In this document: positions 18,508 through 25,798 of the stretch, one piece after another
Numbering within the stretch: position 1 is the stretch's first letter
How the letters are laid out: every line of letters starts with the position of its first letter
Assembly (NCBI GenBank): GCA_038209745.1
Contig: JBBQXJ010000069.1
Span: 1 to 25,798, forward strand
Direction of reading: 5' to 3'
Length of the DNA: 25,798 nucleotides
From: Verrucomicrobiota bacterium
GTDB lineage: Bacteria; Verrucomicrobiota; Verrucomicrobiia; Limisphaerales; CANJSG01
Notes under the pieces: generated by a model
Seen by the model: only the letters and a program-made list of their open reading frames with translations
What the model was told of the DNA's origin: nothing
The model's database searches: none
Translations under genes and position numbers: made by a program

Positions 18508-18924
18508 ATGCAATTCCTCGAACGCCGCCGCCGGTCCGCCCCTACCGTCATCATCATCTCGTTGATCGACGTGCTGATGGTCGTGGTCATTTTCATGATG
18601 ATCTCGACCACGTTCAAAAACCAGGCGGCCATCTCGCTCACGCTGCCCGAGGGGAAGGGGACCGAGAAGGCCGGCTCCGGCGAGATGCAGTTGATCATCA
18701 CGATCCCCAAGACCGGGGCCATCTTCTTCGGCACCCAGCCCGTCACGGTGGACCGGCTCGGCGACAAGTTGAAGGAAGCGGCCGCGGTCAACGCGAACCG
18801 TCCGGTCTTCATCCGAGCGGACACCGACGCCGCCTTTGGCAGCGTCCTGAAAGTCACCGATGCGGTCCGCGCCGCCGGGTTCCGGGATGTGAAGGCCTTC
18901 ACGAAAGAAGGCATCAAGCCATAG
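18508..18924 (+). CDS. exbD: ExbD/TolR biopolymer transport protein
   Basis: MQFLERRRR...ISLIDVLMVVVIFMMI (conserved TM Asp)...VFIRADTDAAFGSVLKVTDAVRAAG. Confidence 0.92.
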   Translation: MQFLERRRRSAPTVIIISLIDVLMVVVIFMMISTTFKNQAAISLTLPEGKGTEKAGSGEMQLIITIPKTGAIFFGTQPVTVDRLGDKLKEAAAVNANRPVFIRADTDAAFGSVLKVTDAVRAAGFRDVKAFTKEGIKP

Positions 18925-19460
18925 CAGGAACAATTTTCAGGAGACGGTTTCTTCAGATTGGCCCAAGTCGTTCCAGTCGGATTTTCCGTCTCGGTATACC
19001 AAGACGGAACGAAGCAGAAGGAGCGCGGAGCATCGCTCAGCAAGGGCTTGCTGAAGCAGGAAAGCGCAGCCGTTTCCAGGTGGCGGAATCGGGAATCCGT
19101 CTGGTGGTGCATCTCCGTTGCAACCGAACGGATCGATGGCGGCCTGGAGGTGTTCCGCCAAATTAGCCAACACGGCGAAATGCTCGGCGGCGTCGTAAGC
19201 CTGCATGAAAAGGGGGAGATGCCCCGGCCGACGACGGAAAGCTCGAGACCCTGACCGCCGCGCAAAAGTTCCGCGCGTCGTTCCCTAGTCGCCTTCCTCA
19301 ATGGTCGGTCTTAGCAGGCGGTAGGTCTTCTTCACCCTCTCAAAGCGCAGGCGCGCGGCATCCACCTGAGGTGAGGATTGTTGTCGCCCAAGGATGAAAA
19401 TGAGAGTCTTTTGAAGTCCCGCATGAGCCCGCGGTCCTCCCCTACGCGGGAGACTGAATC

Positions 19461-22274
19461 ATGAAAAAGACCGCCGCCCGCCGTTTGTCCAAGTCCGCCG
19501 CCGCACCCGTGGAGGCGCCTCCCACGGCCCGGCCCCGGCAGAGGTCCACCACCTCGGTGAAGTCGATCCTGCCCATCGTCGGCATCGGCGCGTCCGCCGG
19601 CGGCCTCGAGGCGCTGGAACTCTTCCTCAAGCACGTCCCGCCCGCCTGCGGCCTCGCCTTCGTCGTCGTCCAGCACCTCGATCCGACCCGCAAGGGCATG
19701 CTGGTCGAACTGCTCCAGCGCACCACCGCCATGCCCGTCCTCCAGATCAAGGACCGCGTGAACATCGCGCCGGACCACGTCTATGTCATCCCGCCCAACC
19801 GCGACATCTCCATCCTCCACGGCGTGCTGCACCTGCTGGAACCCTCCGCGCCGCGCGGCCTGCGCCTGCCGATTGATTTCTTTCTCCGTGCCCTCGCCGC
19901 CGACCAGCAGGAGCGCAGTCTCTGCGTGATCCTCTCCGGCATGGGCTCGGACGGCACCCTGGGCCTGCGCGCCATCAAGGAGAACGCCGGCGCGGTCTTC
20001 GTGCAGACGCCGGCCTCGGCCAAGTTCGACGGCATGCCCCGCAGCGCGATCAACTCCGGCCTGGCGGACGTCGTCGCCCCGGTGGAGGAGCTGCCGGGCA
20101 AGATCCTCCGCTATCTCCAACCCGTCCCGCTCCTCGTCGCCAAGACCGACCCGAGCCGGGCGGCCACCGATCAGAGCGACTTGGAGAAGGTCGTCATCCT
20201 CCTGCGCACGCAGACCGGGCACGATTTTTCGCTCTACAAGAAGAGCACCCTTTACCGCCGGATCGAGCGGCGCATGGGCCTGCACCAACTGGCCAAGATC
20301 GCCGACTATGTGCGCTTCCTGCGCGACACTCCTGCAGAAGCAGCGCTGCTCTTCAAGGAACTGCTCATCGGCGTCACCGGTTTCTTCCGCGACCCGGCGG
20401 TGTGGGAACAATTAAAAAGCGAAGCGCTCCCGGCGCTCCTAGCCGCCAACCCCAATGGCGGCGTCCTGCGCGCCTGGGTCGCCGGCTGCTCGACGGGCGA
20501 GGAAGCCTATTCGCTGGCCATCGTCTTCCGCGAAGCGGTGGCGCTACGGAAACCTGCCGCCAGCTATTCGTTGCAGATCTTTGCCACCGATCTGGACAAG
20601 GACGCCATTGATACCGCGCGCACCGGCGCCTATCCGGCCAACATCGCCGCCGATGTCCCGGAGCCGCTCCTGCGCCGATGGTTTGCGCAGGATGAGCGCG
20701 GCTTCCGGGTCAACAAAGAGATTCGCGAAATGGTCATCTTCGCCCCGCAGAACCTGGTCAGGGACCCGCCCTTCACCAGGCTCGACTTGCTGACCTGCCG
20801 CAACCTGCTCATCTACCTGGAGGCGGACTTGCAGAAAAAACTCCTGCCGATGTTCCATTATAGTCTCAATCCCGGCGGCCTCCTGGTGCTGGGCAACTCG
20901 GAGACCATCGGGGCCGCCACCGATCTCTTTGCCGCGCTGCCCGGCAAAACGCGGCTCTACCGGAGGCAGGACGCCGGCCTGCGGGCGGACCTGGTCGAAT
21001 TCCCCACCACGCTCGGCCTGCCGCGCGTCGATGCGGCCTTGGTGGCCCAGTTGGCGGCCCCGGCTCTGCCCTCCGAGCGCAACCTCCAGGTGCTCACCGA
21101 GACTCTGCTCCTCCAGCACTTTTCATCGGCGGCCGTGCTGACCACCGATCAGGGCGTCGTGGTTTATGTCAGCGGCAAGACCGGCAAATACCTTGAGCCG
21201 GCCGTGGGTAAAGCCAACTTGAACCTCTTCGCCATGGCCCGCGCGGGGCTGGGTTTCGCGTTGAACGAGGCCTTCCTCAAGGCGGTCCGGCAGAAAACCA
21301 CCCTAACACTGAAGGGCTTGTCGGTGAGGGGCAACGGCGGCACGCAGACCGTGGACATCAGCGTCCAGCCCCTGACCGTGCCGGAGGCGTTGCGCGGGAT
21401 GGTGCTGATCGTCTTTACCGAGGTGGCGACTCCGCTCGCCACGAAAGCGCCCGGCAAGGCCGCGCAGGCCGGCGTCCAGGCCACCCGGCTGGCCGGTTTG
21501 ACGCTGGAGCTCCGACAGTTCCACGAGGAACGACAGACCCTCCGCGAAGAGATGCAGACCTCCCAGGAGGTGCTGAAATCCACCAACGAAGAACTCCAGT
21601 CCACCAACGAGGAGTTGCAGAGCACCAATGAGGAACTCACCACCTCCCAGGAAGAGCTGCAGTCGATGAACGAGGAACTGCAGACCGTCAACCACGAGCT
21701 GTTGGCCAAGGTGGACGAGCTCTCGATGGTCAGCGACGACATGAAGAACCTGTGCAACAGCACCGAGATCGCCACGCTGTTTCTGGACGGAGAACTGAAG
21801 GTGCGGCGCTTCACCCAGCAGACCACCAGCCTCATCAAGCTGATCCCCGGCGACGTCGGCCGGCCCATCACCGACCTCGTCACCACGCTTGACTACCCGG
21901 CGCTCGCAGCCGATGCGCGTGAGGTGCTGCGCACGCTCATCTTCCATGAGTGCAGGGTTCCCGCCGGTCCCGCGCAGTGGTTCCGGGTGCGCATCATGCC
22001 CTATCGCACGCAGGACAACCGCATTGACGGAGTGGTGATCACCTTTGTGGACATCAGCGTGAGCAAGGCGCTGGAAGCGACGTTGCGCGAGGCGCAGGCG
22101 GTGTTGCAAAGCCGCTTCACCGATCAAACGGCGGAGCTGGATACGGCCAAGACGTTGGAAGGCGTGTTACAGAGGGCGCAGGCCGTGTTGGAAAAACGCT
22201 TCACTGCGCAAACTACCGAACTGCGTCAGAGCCGCGCGGATTTGGTCACCGAGAAGGGGCGGAAGGGGAAGTAA
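19461..22274 (+). CDS. CheB methylesterase-CheR methyltransferase fusion with coiled coil and PAS domain
   Basis: CheB triad contexts GIGASAGG, VVQHL and GMGSDG; CheR motifs FFRD, AGCSTGEEAYS, ATDLD and CRNLLIY; NEELQS heptads; C-terminal PAS (IATLFLD...RIMPYRT...GVVITFVDI). No kinase domain. Confidence 0.95.
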   Translation: MKKTAARRLSKSAAAPVEAPPTARPRQRSTTSVKSILPIVGIGASAGGLEALELFLKHVPPACGLAFVVVQHLDPTRKGMLVELLQRTTAMPVLQIKDRVNIAPDHVYVIPPNRDISILHGVLHLLEPSAPRGLRLPIDFFLRALAADQQERSLCVILSGMGSDGTLGLRAIKENAGAVFVQTPASAKFDGMPRSAINSGLADVVAPVEELPGKILRYLQPVPLLVAKTDPSRAATDQSDLEKVVILLRTQTGHDFSLYKKSTLYRRIERRMGLHQLAKIADYVRFLRDTPAEAALLFKELLIGVTGFFRDPAVWEQLKSEALPALLAANPNGGVLRAWVAGCSTGEEAYSLAIVFREAVALRKPAASYSLQIFATDLDKDAIDTARTGAYPANIAADVPEPLLRRWFAQDERGFRVNKEIREMVIFAPQNLVRDPPFTRLDLLTCRNLLIYLEADLQKKLLPMFHYSLNPGGLLVLGNSETIGAATDLFAALPGKTRLYRRQDAGLRADLVEFPTTLGLPRVDAALVAQLAAPALPSERNLQVLTETLLLQHFSSAAVLTTDQGVVVYVSGKTGKYLEPAVGKANLNLFAMARAGLGFALNEAFLKAVRQKTTLTLKGLSVRGNGGTQTVDISVQPLTVPEALRGMVLIVFTEVATPLATKAPGKAAQAGVQATRLAGLTLELRQFHEERQTLREEMQTSQEVLKSTNEELQSTNEELQSTNEELTTSQEELQSMNEELQTVNHELLAKVDELSMVSDDMKNLCNSTEIATLFLDGELKVRRFTQQTTSLIKLIPGDVGRPITDLVTTLDYPALAADAREVLRTLIFHECRVPAGPAQWFRVRIMPYRTQDNRIDGVVITFVDISVSKALEATLREAQAVLQSRFTDQTAELDTAKTLEGVLQRAQAVLEKRFTAQTTELRQSRADLVTEKGRKGK
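21552..21698 (+). repeat. 21-bp heptad repeats encoding (L-Q-S-T-N-E-E)n
   Basis: MQTSQEV LKSTNEE LQSTNEE LQSTNEE LTTSQEE LQSMNEE LQTVNHE. Confidence 0.9.
22065..22232 (+). repeat. Diverged 84-bp (28-aa) tandem duplication at the CheBR C-terminus
   Basis: KALEATLREAQAVLQSRFTDQTAELDTA / KTLEGVLQRAQAVLEKRFTAQTTELRQS; units start at 22065 and 22149. Confidence 0.85.
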
Positions 22275-22295
22275 CAAGCAACCAGTAACCGGTGA

Positions 22296-22670
22296 TTGCC
22301 GGAAAAAAACGCCATGAAAATCATCGTGGCCAAGGTCGGCTACGAGCGGATGCAGGAACTGGCTGTCCCTGCGCTCGGGCTCGGGCCCGCCCGCGCGACC
22401 TGGCAAAAGCATGGCCGCAACGAGAGGTGGATCCAGCAGCGCATGACCGGCCAGGAAACCCGGAACAATCTCACCGACTCCTGGGCGTCGCACGAGGCAA
22501 CCAAGGAGAAGGAATACGCCATGCGCACGAACATCACCCATAAGGAGGGGAGCGGTGTGAGCGTCGAGGCCCACAAATAGCTTGAAGGGCATCCGTCCGG
22601 TGGCGTTGAAACCAATCGAAAGGCGCTCGAACAAAAAGTGACGGGCCAGCAGCAACCAAGGTCTAGTTAA
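22296..22670 (+). pseudogene. Decayed BRO-family (phage antirepressor-like) gene remnant
   Basis: AKVGYERMQE...ARATWQKHGRNERWIQQRMTGQETRNNLTDSW...EYAMRTNITHKEGSGVSVEAHK resembles, from recall, the central region of Bro-N domain proteins. The Bro-N domain itself is missing, there is an in-frame TAG at 22578, and a residual RKALEQK..G segment follows. Confidence 0.65.
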
Positions 22671-22844
22671 AGACCGCAAACGGCTCACCATGGGGACGAT
22701 GACGTTAGGGCCAATCGTCTGAAAATTTGACAGCGACCAAGCTGAGCATTATCCCCGAACCAGGCCGGATCGAACCGGGTTTTTCTCCGCTGGTTCGGAA
22801 TGGCGGAGAGGAGCATTCCTCCATGTCCTCCTTTCCTTCCTAAG

Positions 22845-25798
22845 GTGAAACCGAGACCCACTACCACCGCCTCCGAACTGCGCCGCCAGGCGGAAGCGCG
22901 CCTGAAGGACCAGAAGTCAGCGGTCAAAGCCCAGAGGTCAGAGGCGGAGAACGAGCGATTCCTCCACGAACTGCAAGTCCACCAGATCGAACTGGAAATG
23001 CAGAACGACCAACTGCGCGCCGCACAGACCGAGTTGGCTGAGGCGGCGGCGCGTTACGCCGACCTCTACGACTTCGCCCCGGTGGGCTACGTCACGCTGG
23101 ACCGCAGCGGACAGATCACCCAGGCCAACCTGGCCGGCGCGCGGCTGCTGGGCACCGCGCGTGCCCGGCTGACGGGCAAACGCTTCGCGGCCTTTGTGGC
23201 CGAGACCGATCGGCGTGGCTTTGACGAATGCCTCCGGCAAGTGTTTGCGGGCGAGGCGCTGCAAACCTGCCAAATGGTGCTGGAGGCCAACGATCCGCCG
23301 CGCACCGTGCAGATCATGGCCGCGCTTTCCGCCGATGGACTGGAATGCCGCGTGGCGGTGGAGGACATCACGGAGCGCATGGCGGCGGAGGCGGCGGTGC
23401 AGGCGTCGGTGGAAAAACAAACCGCCATCCTGGACGCCCTGCCAGCGCACATCGCGCTGCTGGATCCGCAGGGCCACATTCTCGCGGTCAACGAAAACTG
23501 GCGCCGGTTTGGCTCGGGCAACGCCATCCTCAGCCAGGATTTTGACATCGGCCGGAATTATCTCGCAGTGTGCGAGTTGGCGACCGGCGACTGCTCCAGC
23601 GAGGCGCGTCAGGTCGCTGCGGGCTTGCGCGACGTGCTGGAGGGCAGGCAGTCCCGTTTCGAGATCGAATACCCCTGCCATTCCCCCGAGGAGCAGCGCT
23701 GGTTCCGGCTGATGGCGACGCCGCTGAACCCGGGAAGAGGCCACGGCGTGGTGGTCATGCATATCGACATCACCGCGAGCAAGCAGGCGGAATCCCAGCT
23801 CCGCCTGTTCGAGATCAGCGTCGCGCAACTGAACGACGCCGTGATCATCACCGAAGCCGAGCCGCTCACCGCGACGGGGCCGCGGATGGTCTTCATCAAC
23901 GACGCGGCCGAGCGGATGACCGGCTACACCCGCGCGGAACTCATCGGGCAGACGCGCCCGCTGTTCCGGGGTCCACGCACCGATCAAGGCGAGATCCGAC
24001 GCATCGGCGCCGCCCTGCGCGAAGGGAAGTCGGTGCATGCGGAACTCATCAACTACACCAAGGCGGGCACCGAATACTGGGTCGAGATGAACGTGACACC
24101 CGTGGTCTCGGCCGCAGGCGCGGTCACCAATTTTGTGGCCATCGAGCGCGACATCACGGTGCGCAAGTCGAACGAGTTGGCGCTGCTCGCCAGCGAGAAT
24201 CGTTTCCGGCAGGTCGTCGAAACGATCCAGGAAGCTTTCTGGATCCGGGATGCCGAACATGGCCGGGTAATCTATATTAGCCCGGCGTATGAAAAAATCT
24301 GGGGGTTCACCTGCCAGAGTCTCTACGATTCGCCGACCGCGTGGCTCGAGGCGGTTCATCCGGAAGACCGCGAACGCGTCCAGACCGAGGCCGCCCAACA
24401 GGCCCGCGGCGGCTACGACGAGACCTACCGCATCATCCGCCCTGATGGCAGCCTGCGTTGGATCCACGACAAGGCCTTCCCCGTCCGGGACGAAACGGGC
24501 GTGGTCACGCGCATCGTCGGGGTGGCGGAGGACATCACCGCGAACCAGGAGCTGGAAGCGCAGTTGCGTCAGGCGCAGAAAATGGAGGCGATCGGCACCC
24601 TTGCCGGAGGCATCGCCCACGATTTCAACAACATCCTCGCCGCCGTCAACGGCTACGCCGAACTCGCGAAGGCTAATTCCAAGGGACAGCCCGAGCTGCT
24701 GGAAGATCTGGAGGCGGTGCTCGAAGCCACCTGCCGCGCCACCGACCTCGTGCGGCAGATCATGGCCTTCAGCCGGCGGCAAAACACCCAGCACGGCCCC
24801 GTGCGGCTGCAAACCATCGTGAAGGAAGCGCTCCGTCTGCTGCGTGCCACGATCCCGACCACGGTTGAAATCAAAAGTGTCCTGAAAACCAATGCGCCAC
24901 CCATTTTGGCCGATGCCACCCAGATCCATCAGGTGGTGATGAATCTTTGCATGAACGCGTGGCATGCCATGAAGAACCGGCCCGGCCAATTGGAAATCCG
25001 GGTCGATCAACGCGTGCTCGATGATGAATTCGTCCGGGTCCACCCGGAATTGAAAGCCGGGCCGCACCTGCAGATGTCGATCACCGACACCGGTTGCGGC
25101 ATGAACAGGGAAACGGCCAGCCGGATCTTTGAACCTTTCTTCACCACGAAAGGCCCGAACGAAGGCAGCGGCCTCGGTCTCGCCGTCGTGCACGGCATCG
25201 TGCGCAGCCACCACGGCGCGATCATCGTGCGCAGCGAACCGAATGTGGGCACGACGTTCGACCTGTATTTCCCGGAATACTTGGGAACGGAAGTCTCCCC
25301 CTTGGAGAGGCCGTCGGGACAAGCCCCGCAGGGGCGCAGCGAGCACGTTCTCTTCGTGGACGACGATGAATCATTGGCCCGTCTGGGCGCGAAAGTGTTG
25401 AAGAAATTCGGTTATGTCGTGTCGGCCTTTTCCTCCAGCAAGGAAGCGTTGGCCGCGTTGCGCGCGACTCCCGACGATTTTGATCTGGTCGTCAGTGATC
25501 TCGCGATGCCGGAAATGTCCGGCCTCGATCTTGCCCGGGAAATCCGGCGCCTGCGGCCAAATCTCCCGATCATTTTGACTTCAGGCCTCGTCGACCAGGC
25601 CGTGCAGGAAATCATTCAAACCATCGGGATTCAGCAGGTGCTCCCCAAACCGGTGAGACATCGGTGGCCGAAGAGGGGTAGGAAAGCAGGAGCGCATGAG
25701 GGAGGAGAACGAGCCAGGAAGAGCGTTCCGCGCGTCGTGTTGAGCGGGGTCGCCGGGAGGTTGTTTTCTTGGGAAAACCCCGCGAACGCCCGTATAAA
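22845..25798 (+). CDS. Multi-PAS hybrid sensor histidine kinase/response regulator (no stop in window; probably disrupted at the 3' end)
   Basis: From GTG 22845 (alternative in-frame ATG 22800): ELRRQAEARL...HELQVHQIELEMQN, about four PAS domains, H-box LAGGIAHDFNNIL, N-box QVVMNLCMNA, DTGCGM, FEPFFTTK, GSGLGL, and a receiver domain VLFVDDD...VVSDLAMP...ILTSG...LPKP. Confidence 0.93.
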   Translation, partial: MKPRPTTTASELRRQAEARLKDQKSAVKAQRSEAENERFLHELQVHQIELEMQNDQLRAAQTELAEAAARYADLYDFAPVGYVTLDRSGQITQANLAGARLLGTARARLTGKRFAAFVAETDRRGFDECLRQVFAGEALQTCQMVLEANDPPRTVQIMAALSADGLECRVAVEDITERMAAEAAVQASVEKQTAILDALPAHIALLDPQGHILAVNENWRRFGSGNAILSQDFDIGRNYLAVCELATGDCSSEARQVAAGLRDVLEGRQSRFEIEYPCHSPEEQRWFRLMATPLNPGRGHGVVVMHIDITASKQAESQLRLFEISVAQLNDAVIITEAEPLTATGPRMVFINDAAERMTGYTRAELIGQTRPLFRGPRTDQGEIRRIGAALREGKSVHAELINYTKAGTEYWVEMNVTPVVSAAGAVTNFVAIERDITVRKSNELALLASENRFRQVVETIQEAFWIRDAEHGRVIYISPAYEKIWGFTCQSLYDSPTAWLEAVHPEDRERVQTEAAQQARGGYDETYRIIRPDGSLRWIHDKAFPVRDETGVVTRIVGVAEDITANQELEAQLRQAQKMEAIGTLAGGIAHDFNNILAAVNGYAELAKANSKGQPELLEDLEAVLEATCRATDLVRQIMAFSRRQNTQHGPVRLQTIVKEALRLLRATIPTTVEIKSVLKTNAPPILADATQIHQVVMNLCMNAWHAMKNRPGQLEIRVDQRVLDDEFVRVHPELKAGPHLQMSITDTGCGMNRETASRIFEPFFTTKGPNEGSGLGLAVVHGIVRSHHGAIIVRSEPNVGTTFDLYFPEYLGTEVSPLERPSGQAPQGRSEHVLFVDDDESLARLGAKVLKKFGYVVSAFSSSKEALAALRATPDDFDLVVSDLAMPEMSGLDLAREIRRLRPNLPIILTSGLVDQAVQEIIQTIGIQQVLPKPVRHRWPKRGRKAGAHEGGERARKSVPRVVLSGVAGRLFSWENPANARI
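25655..25798. mobile_element. Possible end of an inserted element interrupting the receiver domain
   Basis: After the LPKP codons the expected final receiver helix is absent, and the sequence switches abruptly to purine-rich, non-coding-looking DNA. No transposase is visible in the window. Confidence 0.3.

Noticed and set aside
18937..19254. Short ORFs 18937-19206 (-) and 18958-19254 (+)
   Set aside because: They overlap each other and show no clear RBS or family motif, so neither can be supported as a gene.
21552..21698. Regular 21-bp repeats as a possible CRISPR array or VNTR
   Set aside because: They have no spacers, are degenerate at third codon positions, and are explained by the coding heptad repeat.
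23830..24160. Third PAS domain of the kinase resembles a LOV domain
   Set aside because: It reads GQTRPLFRG instead of GRNCRFLQG; the photoactive Cys is absent, so a blue-light sensor is not supported.
22938..25346. 802-aa minus-strand ORF, and similar long overlapping ORFs such as 15013-16476, 19332-20411 and 258-860
   Set aside because: These are antisense or off-frame shadows of well-supported genes in GC-rich DNA and carry no recognisable motifs.
19268..25738. 14-bp direct repeat GTTCCGCGCGTCGT at 19268 and 25725 flanking the signalling genes, as possible att sites
   Set aside because: About one 14-mer match is expected by chance in 26 kb of GC-rich DNA, and no integrase or tRNA target is present.

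Overview
Bacterial chromosomal segment, probably Verrucomicrobiota (inferred from the NusA N-terminus, an exosortase and an H-X9-DG prepilin-like gene). Minus-strand block (1-6759): uncharacterised lipoprotein, pdxJ, acpS, exosortase/EpsI-like fusion, membrane-anchored TPR protein and the 5' part of gltX. Next come an exported peroxiredoxin (BCP/PrxQ), csbD and a perfect 27-bp inverted repeat. The core operon nusA-infB-rbfA-nrnA-truB-ribF follows, with no rimP and a terminator-like leader hairpin. A small lipoprotein plus prepilin-type (H-X9-DG) gene pair is divergent from a tonB/tolA-exbB-exbD trio. The last ~6.8 kb looks accessory: a CheB-CheR-PAS fusion, a decayed BRO-family remnant and a multi-PAS hybrid histidine kinase (missing from the ORF track because it has no stop in the window) whose receiver domain appears interrupted near 25655. 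No rRNA, tRNA or CRISPR array was seen. The best candidates for a little-characterised system are the CheBR plus coiled-coil kinase pair, the lipoprotein/prepilin pair and the exosortase-TPR pair.
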